Shown: positions 1 through 8,719 of the stretch, piece after piece
How positions within the stretch are numbered: the stretch's first letter is position 1
Layout: each line of letters begins with the position of its first letter
Source of the DNA: Gemmatimonadota bacterium
Lineage (GTDB): Bacteria; Latescibacterota; UBA2968; UBA8231
Direction: 5' to 3'
DNA length: 29,108 bases
NCBI GenBank assembly: GCA_038128265.1
Contig: JAYPJE010000001.1
Span: 128,582-157,689 of the forward strand
Notes under the pieces: model-generated
Told to the model about the DNA's origin: nothing
Database searches by the model: none
What the model saw: only the letters and a program-made list of their open reading frames with translations
Position numbers and translations under genes: made by a program

Positions 1-4
1 GGCG

Positions 5-1162
5 ATGTGTCTCAGCGCGGGGGGGGGGGGGGCGGTTGAGGCCTCCGGGCGGTGGGCGCATTTAGCCCCCCGACACGTCGAAATCGACGTGGACCAAAAG
101 GAGCTGCGCGCGCGCGGCCAGGTGCGCGCCCAGCGTGGCCAGGCTCAGCTCGTGGGGGAGGAGTGGCGCGAGGCGTGGCGTCAACATCGCTCTCATATCG
201 TCGGCAACCCGGCGCGCTACCGACGCGATGAGCGCCATATGGAGGCCTTGCGCATGGACTATGCGCGCGACGACGAGCGCGTGGAAGCCAGCGGGGCGGT
301 GTTGTTTAGCGAGGGGGCGCGGATGCTCGGGGCGCAGACCATGGTCTACGACAGCCGCCGCGACGTGCTGCGCGCAGGAGGTGGGGTCTCTGTCAGGGAC
401 AATGCTTGGGAGGGTGTGCTCAGCGGCGACAGCCTGTTTTTCGATCTGAGCGCGGAGCGCGGCTGGCTGTCGGGCACGCCGCAGCTGCGCAGCAGGGAAG
501 AGAACGATTTGCGCTGGCAAGCCGACTCGATGTATTTCGATATGGCCGCGCGCGCGCTCGTTGGGGACGGACAGAGTGCGCTGTCCAGCGGCCACGTGCG
601 CATTCACTCACAGCGCAGCCACTACGCAGCCGAAGCGCAGCGCTTTGCTTTTGGCGTCGGCGTGGTGCTGGAGCGCCGCACCGACGGCGCGGTCGATGGA
701 TACCGCATTGAGGCCGACTCGATGGTCGTCTTGTTTGAAGACGGCGTGGCGCAGCGCGCAGAGATGGACGGGGCGCTGTCGGGCAGGGTGGCGATGGACG
801 GGGAGCGCACCAGCTGGCTGTCCGGATCCGGCGGGGCCTTTGTCTTGCGCGACGATCGGCTGCAGCAGGTCGAGTTGAGTAGCGCAGCCGACGTCACCTA
901 TCGCCATGCCGGCCGGGACGAGGTGAGTCGCTTTCGCGGTGACTCGATGGTGCTCCACTTTGACGAGGAGGGGCTCTATCAGGTGCACGTCGAGGGCGGG
1001 GCACATCTGCAATCGCGCCTGGTGCGCGCGGAGGGCGAGGCTACCGTAAACAGCGTCGAGGGAAGCGAAATGGATATACACTTTGTCGACGGATCGCTGG
1101 CCAGCGTGCAGGTCGGGCCGGGTATTGAGGGCCTGTACGTACCAGCAGAGGACGTGCAGTAG
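5..1162 (+). CDS. OstA/LptA-like beta-jellyroll LPS transport periplasmic protein (probably 5'-truncated)
   Basis: Repeated beta-strand motifs typical of OstA/LptA/LptD-N (e.g. LRARGQV, VEASGAV, ADSM, GDSM). Its stop overlaps the lptB start at 1162. The true start may lie before the window. Confidence 0.75.
   Translation: MCLSAGGGGAVEASGRWAHLAPRHVEIDVDQKELRARGQVRAQRGQAQLVGEEWREAWRQHRSHIVGNPARYRRDERHMEALRMDYARDDERVEASGAVLFSEGARMLGAQTMVYDSRRDVLRAGGGVSVRDNAWEGVLSGDSLFFDLSAERGWLSGTPQLRSREENDLRWQADSMYFDMAARALVGDGQSALSSGHVRIHSQRSHYAAEAQRFAFGVGVVLERRTDGAVDGYRIEADSMVVLFEDGVAQRAEMDGALSGRVAMDGERTSWLSGSGGAFVLRDDRLQQVELSSAADVTYRHAGRDEVSRFRGDSMVLHFDEEGLYQVHVEGGAHLQSRLVRAEGEATVNSVEGSEMDIHFVDGSLASVQVGPGIEGLYVPAEDVQ
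19..32 (+). repeat. Poly-G homopolymer (G14)
   Basis: 14 consecutive G at 19-32, read directly. Confidence 0.85.
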
Positions 1163-1887
1163 TGGCGCTGCGGGCCGATAACGTGCGCAAGCGCTACGGC
1201 GGTCGGGCCGTCGTCGACGGCGTCAGCATTGCAGTGGAGTCGGGCGAAATCGTCGGCCTGTTGGGGCCCAACGGAGCCGGCAAGACAACCACTTTCCACA
1301 GCATGGTCGGCTTTGTGACGCCGGATGGCGGGCGCATCGAACTCGACGGCACCGATATAACGGAGCTGCCGATGTATCGCCGCGCGCGTCGGGGCATCGG
1401 CTACCTGCCGCAGGAAACCTCTATTTTTCGCCGCCTGACGGTGGCGCAAAACATTCGGGCGGTGCTCGAAATGCGCCAGATGGATCGGGCTGCCCTCGAA
1501 GAGCGCCTGGAAGAGCTGCTGGTGGAATTGCATCTGGCACCGCGCGCCGACCAGCGCGCCGATACGCTGTCGGGCGGCGAGACGCGCCGCGTGGAAATCG
1601 CGCGCGCGCTGGCCTGCGATCCGCACTACATTCTGCTCGACGAGCCGTTTGCCGGCATCGATCCGCGCACGGTAGAAGACCTACAGAATATCGTTTCCGA
1701 ACTGCGTGCCAAGGGCCTAGGCGTGCTTATTACCGACCACAACGTGCGCGAGACGTTGGCCATTACCGACCGCGCCTATATCATGGTTGACGGGCGTATT
1801 CTGACGGCGGGAACCGCCGGCGAATTGACCAGCGATGAGCAGGTGCGGCGCATCTATTTGGGCGAGCGCTTCCGCCTGGACCGCTGA
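1162..1887 (+). CDS. lptB: LPS export ABC transporter ATP-binding protein LptB
   Basis: Walker A GPNGAGKTT, YLPQETSIFRRLTV, LSGGETRRVEIARAL, LLDEPFAGIDP, LITDHNVRETL. Classic lptA-lptB-rpoN synteny. Confidence 0.96.
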   Translation: MALRADNVRKRYGGRAVVDGVSIAVESGEIVGLLGPNGAGKTTTFHSMVGFVTPDGGRIELDGTDITELPMYRRARRGIGYLPQETSIFRRLTVAQNIRAVLEMRQMDRAALEERLEELLVELHLAPRADQRADTLSGGETRRVEIARALACDPHYILLDEPFAGIDPRTVEDLQNIVSELRAKGLGVLITDHNVRETLAITDRAYIMVDGRILTAGTAGELTSDEQVRRIYLGERFRLDR

Positions 1888-1912
1888 GCCGATTTAGCCC
1901 CCATATAGTCAC

Positions 1913-1942
1913 TTGACACATTTTCCACTTTGATAGTATACT
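1913..1942 (+). promoter_or_regulatory. sigma70-type promoter for rpoN
   Basis: TTGACA (1913-1918), 18-bp spacer, TATACT (1937-1942) in an AT-rich gap 65 bp before the rpoN ATG. Confidence 0.7.
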
Positions 1943-2007
1943 CCCTTTACAGCAATTATCGAACCAGTTCTACAACTACTTGTAAAAGTATTTAGATAAG
2001 CCCCATT

Positions 2008-3468
2008 ATGCTCCGAATAGCGCAAAATCTGAGTCTCCAGCAGAAGATGGCTCCGCAGCTTATCCAGTCACTGCAATTATTGCAGATGTCGACGCTGGAA
2101 CTCGAGCTGGAGATCAAGCAGCAGCTCGAAATCAATCCGCTGCTGGAAGAGACGATGGAGCAGCTCGAAGAGGCGGAAGAGAGCGCCGAGGAAACAGAGG
2201 GCATTAAGGAGGAGGAAGAGCTTCCTCAGGAGAGCGAAGAAGTCGATATCGACGCCCTCTTAGACGACCAGTTCGACATGGGATCGTACAATAGCGAGCG
2301 CACCGAATACGATCCCAACTGGGAGGTCGATCGCGAACCGCAGGAGAATCGCATCACGACCATACCGCCGCTGGTCGAGCAGCTGCGCGAACAGCTGGCG
2401 CTGGGCGAACTGTCCCTCGAAGAGCGCGAAATCGGCGAGTACATTATCGGCAATCTCGACGATAGGGGCTATTTGGGCTGTTCGATCGAGGACGTCGCGG
2501 CCGATTTAGACGTCGAGGTTGAAGAAGCCGAGCGCATATTGCGCATGATCCAATCCTTTGAGCCGCCGGGTATCGGCGCACGCGACCTGCGCGAGTCGCT
2601 GCTAATCCAGCTGGCGTTTAGCGACGAGCCGCTGGCCGAGTTGGCGCTGGAGATCGTGCGCGACCACATGGAAGACCTGACGCGTCGTCGCCTCACGCGC
2701 ATCACGCGCGCGCTGAACATTTCCAATGAACTGCTTAAAGAGGCGCTGGAAATCATCGAGAATTTGCAGCCCTATCCCGGTTCGCCCAGCAGCAGCGACT
2801 ACAACGGCCTGCTGACGCTGGATACGGAGGTTTCCTATATCACGCCGGATCTGATCGTCGAGAAGGTTGGCGAGGAGTGGGTGGTATCGCTGGCCGACGG
2901 CACGCTGCCGGCGCTGCGCATCAACCCCGAATACGCCGACTTGCTCAAGCAGCCCAAGCAGAAAAAGGGTCCCGACGAAGTAAAGACCTATGTGTCCAAA
3001 AAGCTCAACGATGCGCGCTGGCTGATTAACGCCATACAGCAGCGGCGCACGACGATGCTCCGCGTCGCCAACTACCTAGTGCGCGCGCAGATGGATTTCT
3101 TTGAGCACGGCTCTTCGCACCTGCGGCCCATGGTGCTCCAGGATGTGGCCGATGCCGTAGAAATGCACGTGTCGACGATTAGCCGCGTCAGCAACGGCAA
3201 GTACATGCAGACCCCGCACGGCGTATTTGAGCTGAAGTATTTTTTCGACAGTCGGGTCAGCACGGACGATGGCGAGGACGTTTCGGCCCGTTCCGTAAAG
3301 GACAAGATCGGGCGCATGGTGTCTGACGAGGACAAGGCCAAGCCGCTGTCCGACCAGGAGATTGCCGACCGCCTGAGCGAAGACGGCCTGCAGATCGCGC
3401 GGCGCACGGTGGCCAAATACCGCGACCAGCTCAAGATTCCCTCGCAGCGCTATCGCAAGGCGCTGTGA
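2008..3468 (+). CDS. rpoN: RNA polymerase sigma-54 factor
   Basis: N-terminal Q/L-rich region (PQLIQSLQLLQMSTLEL), EPPGIGARDLRESL, HVSTISR HTH and the RpoN box ARRTVAKYR. Confidence 0.98.
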   Translation: MLRIAQNLSLQQKMAPQLIQSLQLLQMSTLELELEIKQQLEINPLLEETMEQLEEAEESAEETEGIKEEEELPQESEEVDIDALLDDQFDMGSYNSERTEYDPNWEVDREPQENRITTIPPLVEQLREQLALGELSLEEREIGEYIIGNLDDRGYLGCSIEDVAADLDVEVEEAERILRMIQSFEPPGIGARDLRESLLIQLAFSDEPLAELALEIVRDHMEDLTRRRLTRITRALNISNELLKEALEIIENLQPYPGSPSSSDYNGLLTLDTEVSYITPDLIVEKVGEEWVVSLADGTLPALRINPEYADLLKQPKQKKGPDEVKTYVSKKLNDARWLINAIQQRRTTMLRVANYLVRAQMDFFEHGSSHLRPMVLQDVADAVEMHVSTISRVSNGKYMQTPHGVFELKYFFDSRVSTDDGEDVSARSVKDKIGRMVSDEDKAKPLSDQEIADRLSEDGLQIARRTVAKYRDQLKIPSQRYRKAL

Positions 3469-3488
3469 AATAGGGTGCTCTAAACGCC

Positions 3489-3522
3489 AAAACCCGCGGC
3501 CGAGAGGCCAGCGGGTTTTTTT
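3489..3522. terminator. Intrinsic, probably bidirectional terminator
   Basis: AAAACCCGC-GGCC-GAGA-GGCC-A-GCGGGTTTTTTT hairpin with A and T tracts between convergent genes. Confidence 0.85.
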
Positions 3523-3564
3523 GTGCGCGGTAGCGTTGGGAGCTGATCGGAACTCCGGGGGCGT

Positions 3565-4809
3565 CTAGCGTAGGCGGCCCTGTTCGTCGAAGCGCATGTC
3601 CATCAGCTCGCCGACCTGCTGCAGATCGGGGTGGTTGGCAATCTCGCGCAGCAGCGTTTCGGAGAGCTCTATTGCGCCGATGGCGCGCGTGTTTTTAATG
3701 CGCACGACGCGCGCGCGCGCGGGATGCTCTAAACGCTGCACGTCGATGGCTGCCTCGATGGCCTGGCGATCGCTGTCCATGATCACGGGTATATTGGCGC
3801 GGTTGAGGAAGGTCGTGGTAAAGACGTTGGCGTAAGTCGCCTGAAAATCGATGGATTCGTAGAGATCGCGCGTAATGATATCGGCCAGGCCGACGCCGTT
3901 GGCGTTGCCGTGGCTCTCTTCCGTTAGGCCGAGGGCGACGATGCGTGCCACGCCGGGCGATTCGGGCTCCTTGACGCCGGGCAGCAGCATGCGGCCGACG
4001 ACGTTGGTGTCCATGCCGGTGCCGGAGATATTCTTGCCCATCTCCTCGACAATCAGCAGATCGACGCCCTGCACCATAATGCGCGGCATGGCGGCGCGGG
4101 CCTCTTCGAGCAGGTGGGGCTCGCGGCTCTCGAATTGGTCCGGGCGCAGTGCTTCGACGCGCAGCGTTTCCTCGTAGGCATTTTCGACGATGGCCAGCCC
4201 CATGCAAATCGGTGCCTTGGCCAGAATCTCAGCGCCCCAGGCGGGGATGAGGCGCGCCAGGCCTTCGGCGCCCTGCGCATGGGCTATGGTCGCTCCCTTA
4301 TGGCTGCCCAAGCCAATGGTCATCATTTTCATCAGGCCGCTCTCAAAGCGCCCTCGGAACGAAGTGTGCGGCTTGATGCGGTTGATCAGGACAACGCCAT
4401 CGGCCTCCCATGCCAGGCGGTTGAGCAGCACCGGCGTATCGTCGGCCAGTCGCCCTACTTCGACCACGTCCATCGTCGCTTCCACCGGACAGCCCATGGC
4501 CTCCGGCGTGATGCCGTAGCTGGCCAACACCTCTTTCTGTCCCTCGGGGTTGGCGCCGCCGTGGCTGCCCATGGCCGGCAGCAGAAAGGGCTGTCCACCC
4601 GCCTCCTTGACGCAGTCGACGACGGTGCGGGTAATGAGGGGAATATTGGCGATGCCGCGGCTGCCAGAGGAAACGGCAATGCGCTGCCCCGCAGCGATGG
4701 ATCCAGCCAAATCGGCTGCGGCCAGCGTTTGGCGCACGCTGGCTTCGACATCGTCGAGCGCGGTGGCGGCAAAGTGCTGCTTTACTTTGGCCATGCGGGG
4801 CAGTTGCAT
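3565..4809 (-). CDS. Lactate-racemase-domain (LarA-N/DUF2088, DUF362-like) protein
   Basis: Family motifs SRGIANI, PAMGSHGGA, NRIKPHT, ESGLMKMMTIGLG, GKNISGTGMDTNVVGR. GGAGA RBS upstream. Confidence 0.75.
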   Translation of the reverse strand: MQLPRMAKVKQHFAATALDDVEASVRQTLAAADLAGSIAAGQRIAVSSGSRGIANIPLITRTVVDCVKEAGGQPFLLPAMGSHGGANPEGQKEVLASYGITPEAMGCPVEATMDVVEVGRLADDTPVLLNRLAWEADGVVLINRIKPHTSFRGRFESGLMKMMTIGLGSHKGATIAHAQGAEGLARLIPAWGAEILAKAPICMGLAIVENAYEETLRVEALRPDQFESREPHLLEEARAAMPRIMVQGVDLLIVEEMGKNISGTGMDTNVVGRMLLPGVKEPESPGVARIVALGLTEESHGNANGVGLADIITRDLYESIDFQATYANVFTTTFLNRANIPVIMDSDRQAIEAAIDVQRLEHPARARVVRIKNTRAIGAIELSETLLREIANHPDLQQVGELMDMRFDEQGRLR

Positions 4810-4839
4810 CGCGTATCTCCTATGTTGGGGCTGGCGATC

Positions 4840-5403
4840 CTAGCCGACTAGCGCTTGGCGCAGGTTGTGCGCTCGCTCGCGGATGGGACGCTTGGGTTTG
4901 GGCACCGGTTCGCTGGCCTGTGCGATCTTCCAGATAAAGACCTGTGGTCCCGCGCCGGTGAAATGCGCCTCCAAATGCGCGTCAAACTGGTCGGCATCTT
5001 CGATCGTGTAGACGTTTTGGATACCGGCACCGCGGCAGATTTGCTCGTAGTCGATCTGGCCGGCTCCGGGCACCGGCTGGTTGCCCGTCACTTCGTAGGT
5101 GCCGTTCTCGGTGATGACCATCGTCAGGTTGGGTGCCGGGCGCTGCGCCAGCGTGACCAGCGTGCCCAAACACATCAGCGTCGAGCCGTCGCCGTTGATG
5201 ACAAAGACGCGGCGTTCGGGTTGGGCGATGGCCAGGCCGAGCGCGAAGTCGGCCGCGTGGCCCATGGCGCTCTCGACGTGGGCAAAGTCGAGCGGCCCGT
5301 CGGACAGCTCGGCCCAGGGCATGGCCACGCTCATGGTGGTGACGACGACTTCGTCCGTGCGTCGCGCCGCTAGCTTCTTCAGGCATTCGTATTTGTCGAG
5401 CAT
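4840..5403 (-). CDS. TPP-dependent decarboxylase beta subunit (sulfopyruvate decarboxylase ComE / phosphonopyruvate decarboxylase-like)
   Basis: Start re-called at ATG 5403 (MLDKYECLK). SAMGHA, GLAIAQPERRV, TPP-binding NGDGS...EN motif, YEVTGNQP. Confidence 0.85.
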   Translation of the reverse strand: MLDKYECLKKLAARRTDEVVVTTMSVAMPWAELSDGPLDFAHVESAMGHAADFALGLAIAQPERRVFVINGDGSTLMCLGTLVTLAQRPAPNLTMVITENGTYEVTGNQPVPGAGQIDYEQICRGAGIQNVYTIEDADQFDAHLEAHFTGAGPQVFIWKIAQASEPVPKPKRPIRERAHNLRQALVG

Positions 5404-5404
5404 A

Positions 5405-5899
5405 TCAGACGGTCTCCGGGACAATAAGCACGGCGGTGGGCAGAGAGGTTTCCCGTGCCTTGGCGAAGGCGGCTGGAATCTGTGCGATATCGCCGTCTTC
5501 GTGCATGGCGGTGTAGGGAATGTCCCAGGCCTTGAGCGTTGGCTCAAAAAACGTCGCCGCCGTATCGACGCGCGGGGCACCGGGTTCCATGGTCTTGTAG
5601 CCGCGGTAGCCGACCATCATGACGAGGGGTATGCCCATATTGTAGGCGGTGCCGCGAAAGCCGTCACCCGCTTCGAAAAAACCCGTGTTTTGGATCAGCA
5701 CGAGCGGCGTGGCGCCGCCCAGATAAAGCCCGGAGGCGAGGCCAAAGGCCTCGCCTTCGCGGCTGGTAAGAATGACTTCGATCTGCGGATGGGCCCACAG
5801 GCGCTCAAAGAGCGCGCGCGAACCGTTGTCGGGCACGCCGACTACGTGCGTAACGCCCTGCTCCTCAAGGGCGTCAATGATCTTTTCTGAACTTAACAA
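5405..5899 (-). CDS. TPP-dependent decarboxylase alpha subunit (ComD / phosphonopyruvate decarboxylase N-half-like)
   Basis: Start re-called at TTG 5899 with AAGGAG RBS. VVGVPD, REGEAFGLASG (catalytic Glu), LIQNTG. Abuts the beta gene. Confidence 0.85.
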   Translation of the reverse strand: MLSSEKIIDALEEQGVTHVVGVPDNGSRALFERLWAHPQIEVILTSREGEAFGLASGLYLGGATPLVLIQNTGFFEAGDGFRGTAYNMGIPLVMMVGYRGYKTMEPGAPRVDTAATFFEPTLKAWDIPYTAMHEDGDIAQIPAAFAKARETSLPTAVLIVPETV

Positions 5900-5912
5900 G
5901 GGGATACGCTCC

Positions 5913-7109
5913 TTACTCGGCAAAAATCGAGCGGTTGGAGATACCGTAGGCCGCTCCCTCGCGCTGGATGCCGCCGACAAACTGCGCCGTGCGTCCGGCC
6001 GGTGCACTGCCGGCGTAGTAGGCGCTGAACGACTCGTTGAACGTGCCGAGCCCGGCGCGGTTGGCCGCCGTGTCGGCCCCGGCGCCGATATAGGCGTTGT
6101 TGAAGATGCCGTTTTCTTTCAGACCCTGGCCGCCGGCTTCTTTCACGCGCGCATCAATAGTGCTCAGCTGAGCGCCGGCATCGTCGCCGGCTACGGCGCT
6201 GACCATGACCTCGCGCACGCCGTGGTGGCGGATGGCCGTCCAGGTGCTAAAGCCGTCTTCGACCTGCCCCGAGCGCACGATATCGACCTCGCCGGAGACG
6301 ACGCGCGGCTGCGGTTCGATAATGCTGTCGAGGTTGGGAATGCGCGAAACCGGATAGATCAGGCCGGCCGGTAGGTCGTCGCCAAAGTAGTCGACAAAGG
6401 CCTTGCGCGTAATTTCGATGCGCTCCCAGGTCTTGGCCGGATCGTCGTCGACGGCGACGAGGATTTCCATAAAGACCGTCTGCTTGCGGAAGTCGACGCC
6501 CTGCTCGGCAAAGGGCTTGGCGTACTGCTCTTCGAGGATGAAGTTCATCTCCTCGACCAGGTCGTCGCCCAGCGTCGTAATCATCTGATCGCCCTTCTTG
6601 TGCAGCACGGAGGCGCCGGAGGGCTGGTGGTCGATCCACGTGCCGTAGTCCACCTTGCCGCCGCCGATCGTGACCTTTTCGCCTTTGACCGCTTTGATCT
6701 GCACTTCAAACAGGGCCGCTGGGTCGGGAAAGCCTTCCTGATGCGTGAAGCGCGCCATGCGATTGGAGCGCAGCGGGCCGCCGGTAACGGCGTTGATCAG
6801 GGCGCCATAGATCTTATTGAAATCGTTTTTACGCGCATCGCACTCGTCGCGGTCGGCCGAGGGCGTGGTCCACAGCACGTCTGTTTTGTAGACGTCGGAC
6901 CAGTGCACGCCGCAGGTAGTCAAGCCCTTGTTGAGGTTTTCGATGGTGCCAAACCACTCGGAACCGACGTCGTTAGCATACTGCGTGCCGACGTTGCCGG
7001 ACGGCTCGACGAGGCGCACGACATCGCCGTTGTCGTCGCGGATAAGCACCTCGGTGGGATTGGAAAAAACGGCAATCGAGTTGTGGCGAATGATGTTGAC
7101 CTGGGCCAT
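5913..7109 (-). CDS. Protein with three tandem Rid/YjgF/UK114-like repeats
   Basis: Three ~130-aa units, each echoing the Rid pattern: ENLNKGLTTCGVHWSDVYKTDV...DFNKIY...MARF...ALFEVQIKA; ...AFVDYFGDDLPAG...IIEPQ; ...FNESFSAYYAGSAPAGRTA. Confidence 0.6.
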   Translation of the reverse strand: MAQVNIIRHNSIAVFSNPTEVLIRDDNGDVVRLVEPSGNVGTQYANDVGSEWFGTIENLNKGLTTCGVHWSDVYKTDVLWTTPSADRDECDARKNDFNKIYGALINAVTGGPLRSNRMARFTHQEGFPDPAALFEVQIKAVKGEKVTIGGGKVDYGTWIDHQPSGASVLHKKGDQMITTLGDDLVEEMNFILEEQYAKPFAEQGVDFRKQTVFMEILVAVDDDPAKTWERIEITRKAFVDYFGDDLPAGLIYPVSRIPNLDSIIEPQPRVVSGEVDIVRSGQVEDGFSTWTAIRHHGVREVMVSAVAGDDAGAQLSTIDARVKEAGGQGLKENGIFNNAYIGAGADTAANRAGLGTFNESFSAYYAGSAPAGRTAQFVGGIQREGAAYGISNRSIFAE

Positions 7110-7220
7110 GAGGTTCCCCTTTTTTCGTGGATTAATGCGGGATTAAAGTGACGTTGCGATATTTTTTTGCGGTCAAATAAAATAGGGAGGAATAGCGGTG
7201 CGAACAACAGCAGGCCCACG

Positions 7221-7904
7221 ATGAAGCGCAGCATGGTTCTCTTGGCCAAAAAACCAGAGCCAGGGCAGGTGAAAACGCGGCTTCAGCCGTGCTGCAGTGC
7301 AGAGGGCGCCGCTGCACTCTACACCGCATTCTTGCGCGATTCAGCCGAGCTGCTGGCCGCTGCCAACGCCGACGAGAAGGTGATAGCCTACGCGCCGCGC
7401 GACGGGCGCGCTGCGCTGCAGCAGTTGCTGGAAGGCGGCGGTGATTTCACCTATGTGGCACAGGCCGACGGCGATCTTGGGGCTCGTCTACAGGCTGTCG
7501 TACAGGGGGCTATAGCGCGCGGTGCCGAGTGCGTTGTGGTGATTGGTTCGGACAGCCCGAGTCTGCCCTGTGAATACGTCGATCGCGCGTTTGAACTGCT
7601 CGAAGCGCACCAAGTCGTACTGGGGCCGAGCACCGACGGGGGATACTATCTGATCGGCCTGCAGCGCACGGCGCGCTGCCCGTTTTCGCATATCGCCTGG
7701 AGTTCGGGCGCGGTGCTCGAACAAACCCTGCAGCAGATCGGCGGGCAGTCGCTTGGGCTCTTGCCGCCCTGGTATGACGTAGATACACCAACCGAGGCGG
7801 CCTTTTTGCGCATTCACCTGCGCGCGCTACACCGGGCGGGCAGCGCGAGCGGGCGACACAGTCTGACGGCATTAGAAGGCATCGAACTGCCGCCGCCTTC
7901 GTAG
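7221..7904 (+). CDS. DUF2064 / TIGR04282 family (CofC-like, GT-A fold) transferase
   Basis: Start re-called at ATG 7221. AKKPEPGQVKTRL, Q-GDLGARL, IGSDSP, LGPSTDGGYYLIG, WYDVDT. Confidence 0.88.
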   Translation: MKRSMVLLAKKPEPGQVKTRLQPCCSAEGAAALYTAFLRDSAELLAAANADEKVIAYAPRDGRAALQQLLEGGGDFTYVAQADGDLGARLQAVVQGAIARGAECVVVIGSDSPSLPCEYVDRAFELLEAHQVVLGPSTDGGYYLIGLQRTARCPFSHIAWSSGAVLEQTLQQIGGQSLGLLPPWYDVDTPTEAAFLRIHLRALHRAGSASGRHSLTALEGIELPPPS

Positions 7905-7927
7905 CGGACGCCGCGTTTTATTCCAGC

Positions 7928-8698
7928 CTACATACCCATAAACTGATATCCGGCGTCGACGTATATAATCTCGCCGGTGATGCCCGAACTGAGCTCGCTG
8001 CAGAGGAAGAGCGCACTGTTGCCGACTTCTTCAACGGTGACGTTGCGCTTGAGCGCGGCGCGTTCGGCGTGCGTTTCCAGCATGATATTAAACTGGCCGA
8101 TGCCGCGCGCGGCCAGGGTCTTGACCGGGCCGGCAGACAGGCCGTTGACGCGGATGTTGCGATCGCCCAGCTCGCGGGCCAGATAGCGCACGCCCGATTC
8201 CAGCGCGGCTTTGGCCACGCCCATCACGTTGTAGCGCGGGATGGCGCGCATGCTGCCTAGATAGGTCATGGCGACGATGCTGCCGCCGTTGTCCATCAGG
8301 GGCACGGCACCGCGACTGAGGGCGTTGAGCGAGTAGGCGCTGACCGATAGGGCCAGCTGGTAGTGCTCCTGCTCAATGCCGAGAAAGTGTCCGTCCTCGA
8401 GGTCCTCGCGCCGCGCGAAGGCGATGGAGTGGACGGCTGCGTCGAGGCGTCCGTACTCGCTTTTAACCTTGTCGAATGCGGCGGCAATCGAATCGTCGTT
8501 GGTCGCCTCGCAGGGCACCACGAGCGGCGTTTGCGACAGTTCGCCGACCAATTTGTTGATGCTATCCCGTTCGCGCTCGCTCAGATAGCTCAGCGCCAGG
8601 CGCGCGCCGTGTGCGTCGAGCGAGCGGGCAATGCCCCAAGCAATACTGCGGTGATTGGCTACGCCGGAAACAAAGGCAAATTTGTCCTGCATCAACAT
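7928..8698 (-). CDS. fabI: Enoyl-ACP reductase FabI
   Basis: GVANHRSIAWGIA, HSIAFA, SAYSL, YNVMGVAKAALE, SAGPVKTLAARGI. AAGGAG RBS. Confidence 0.95.
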   Translation of the reverse strand: MLMQDKFAFVSGVANHRSIAWGIARSLDAHGARLALSYLSERERDSINKLVGELSQTPLVVPCEATNDDSIAAAFDKVKSEYGRLDAAVHSIAFARREDLEDGHFLGIEQEHYQLALSVSAYSLNALSRGAVPLMDNGGSIVAMTYLGSMRAIPRYNVMGVAKAALESGVRYLARELGDRNIRVNGLSAGPVKTLAARGIGQFNIMLETHAERAALKRNVTVEEVGNSALFLCSELSSGITGEIIYVDAGYQFMGM

Positions 8699-8719
8699 GG
8701 TATAGCTCCTTTATCGCTT

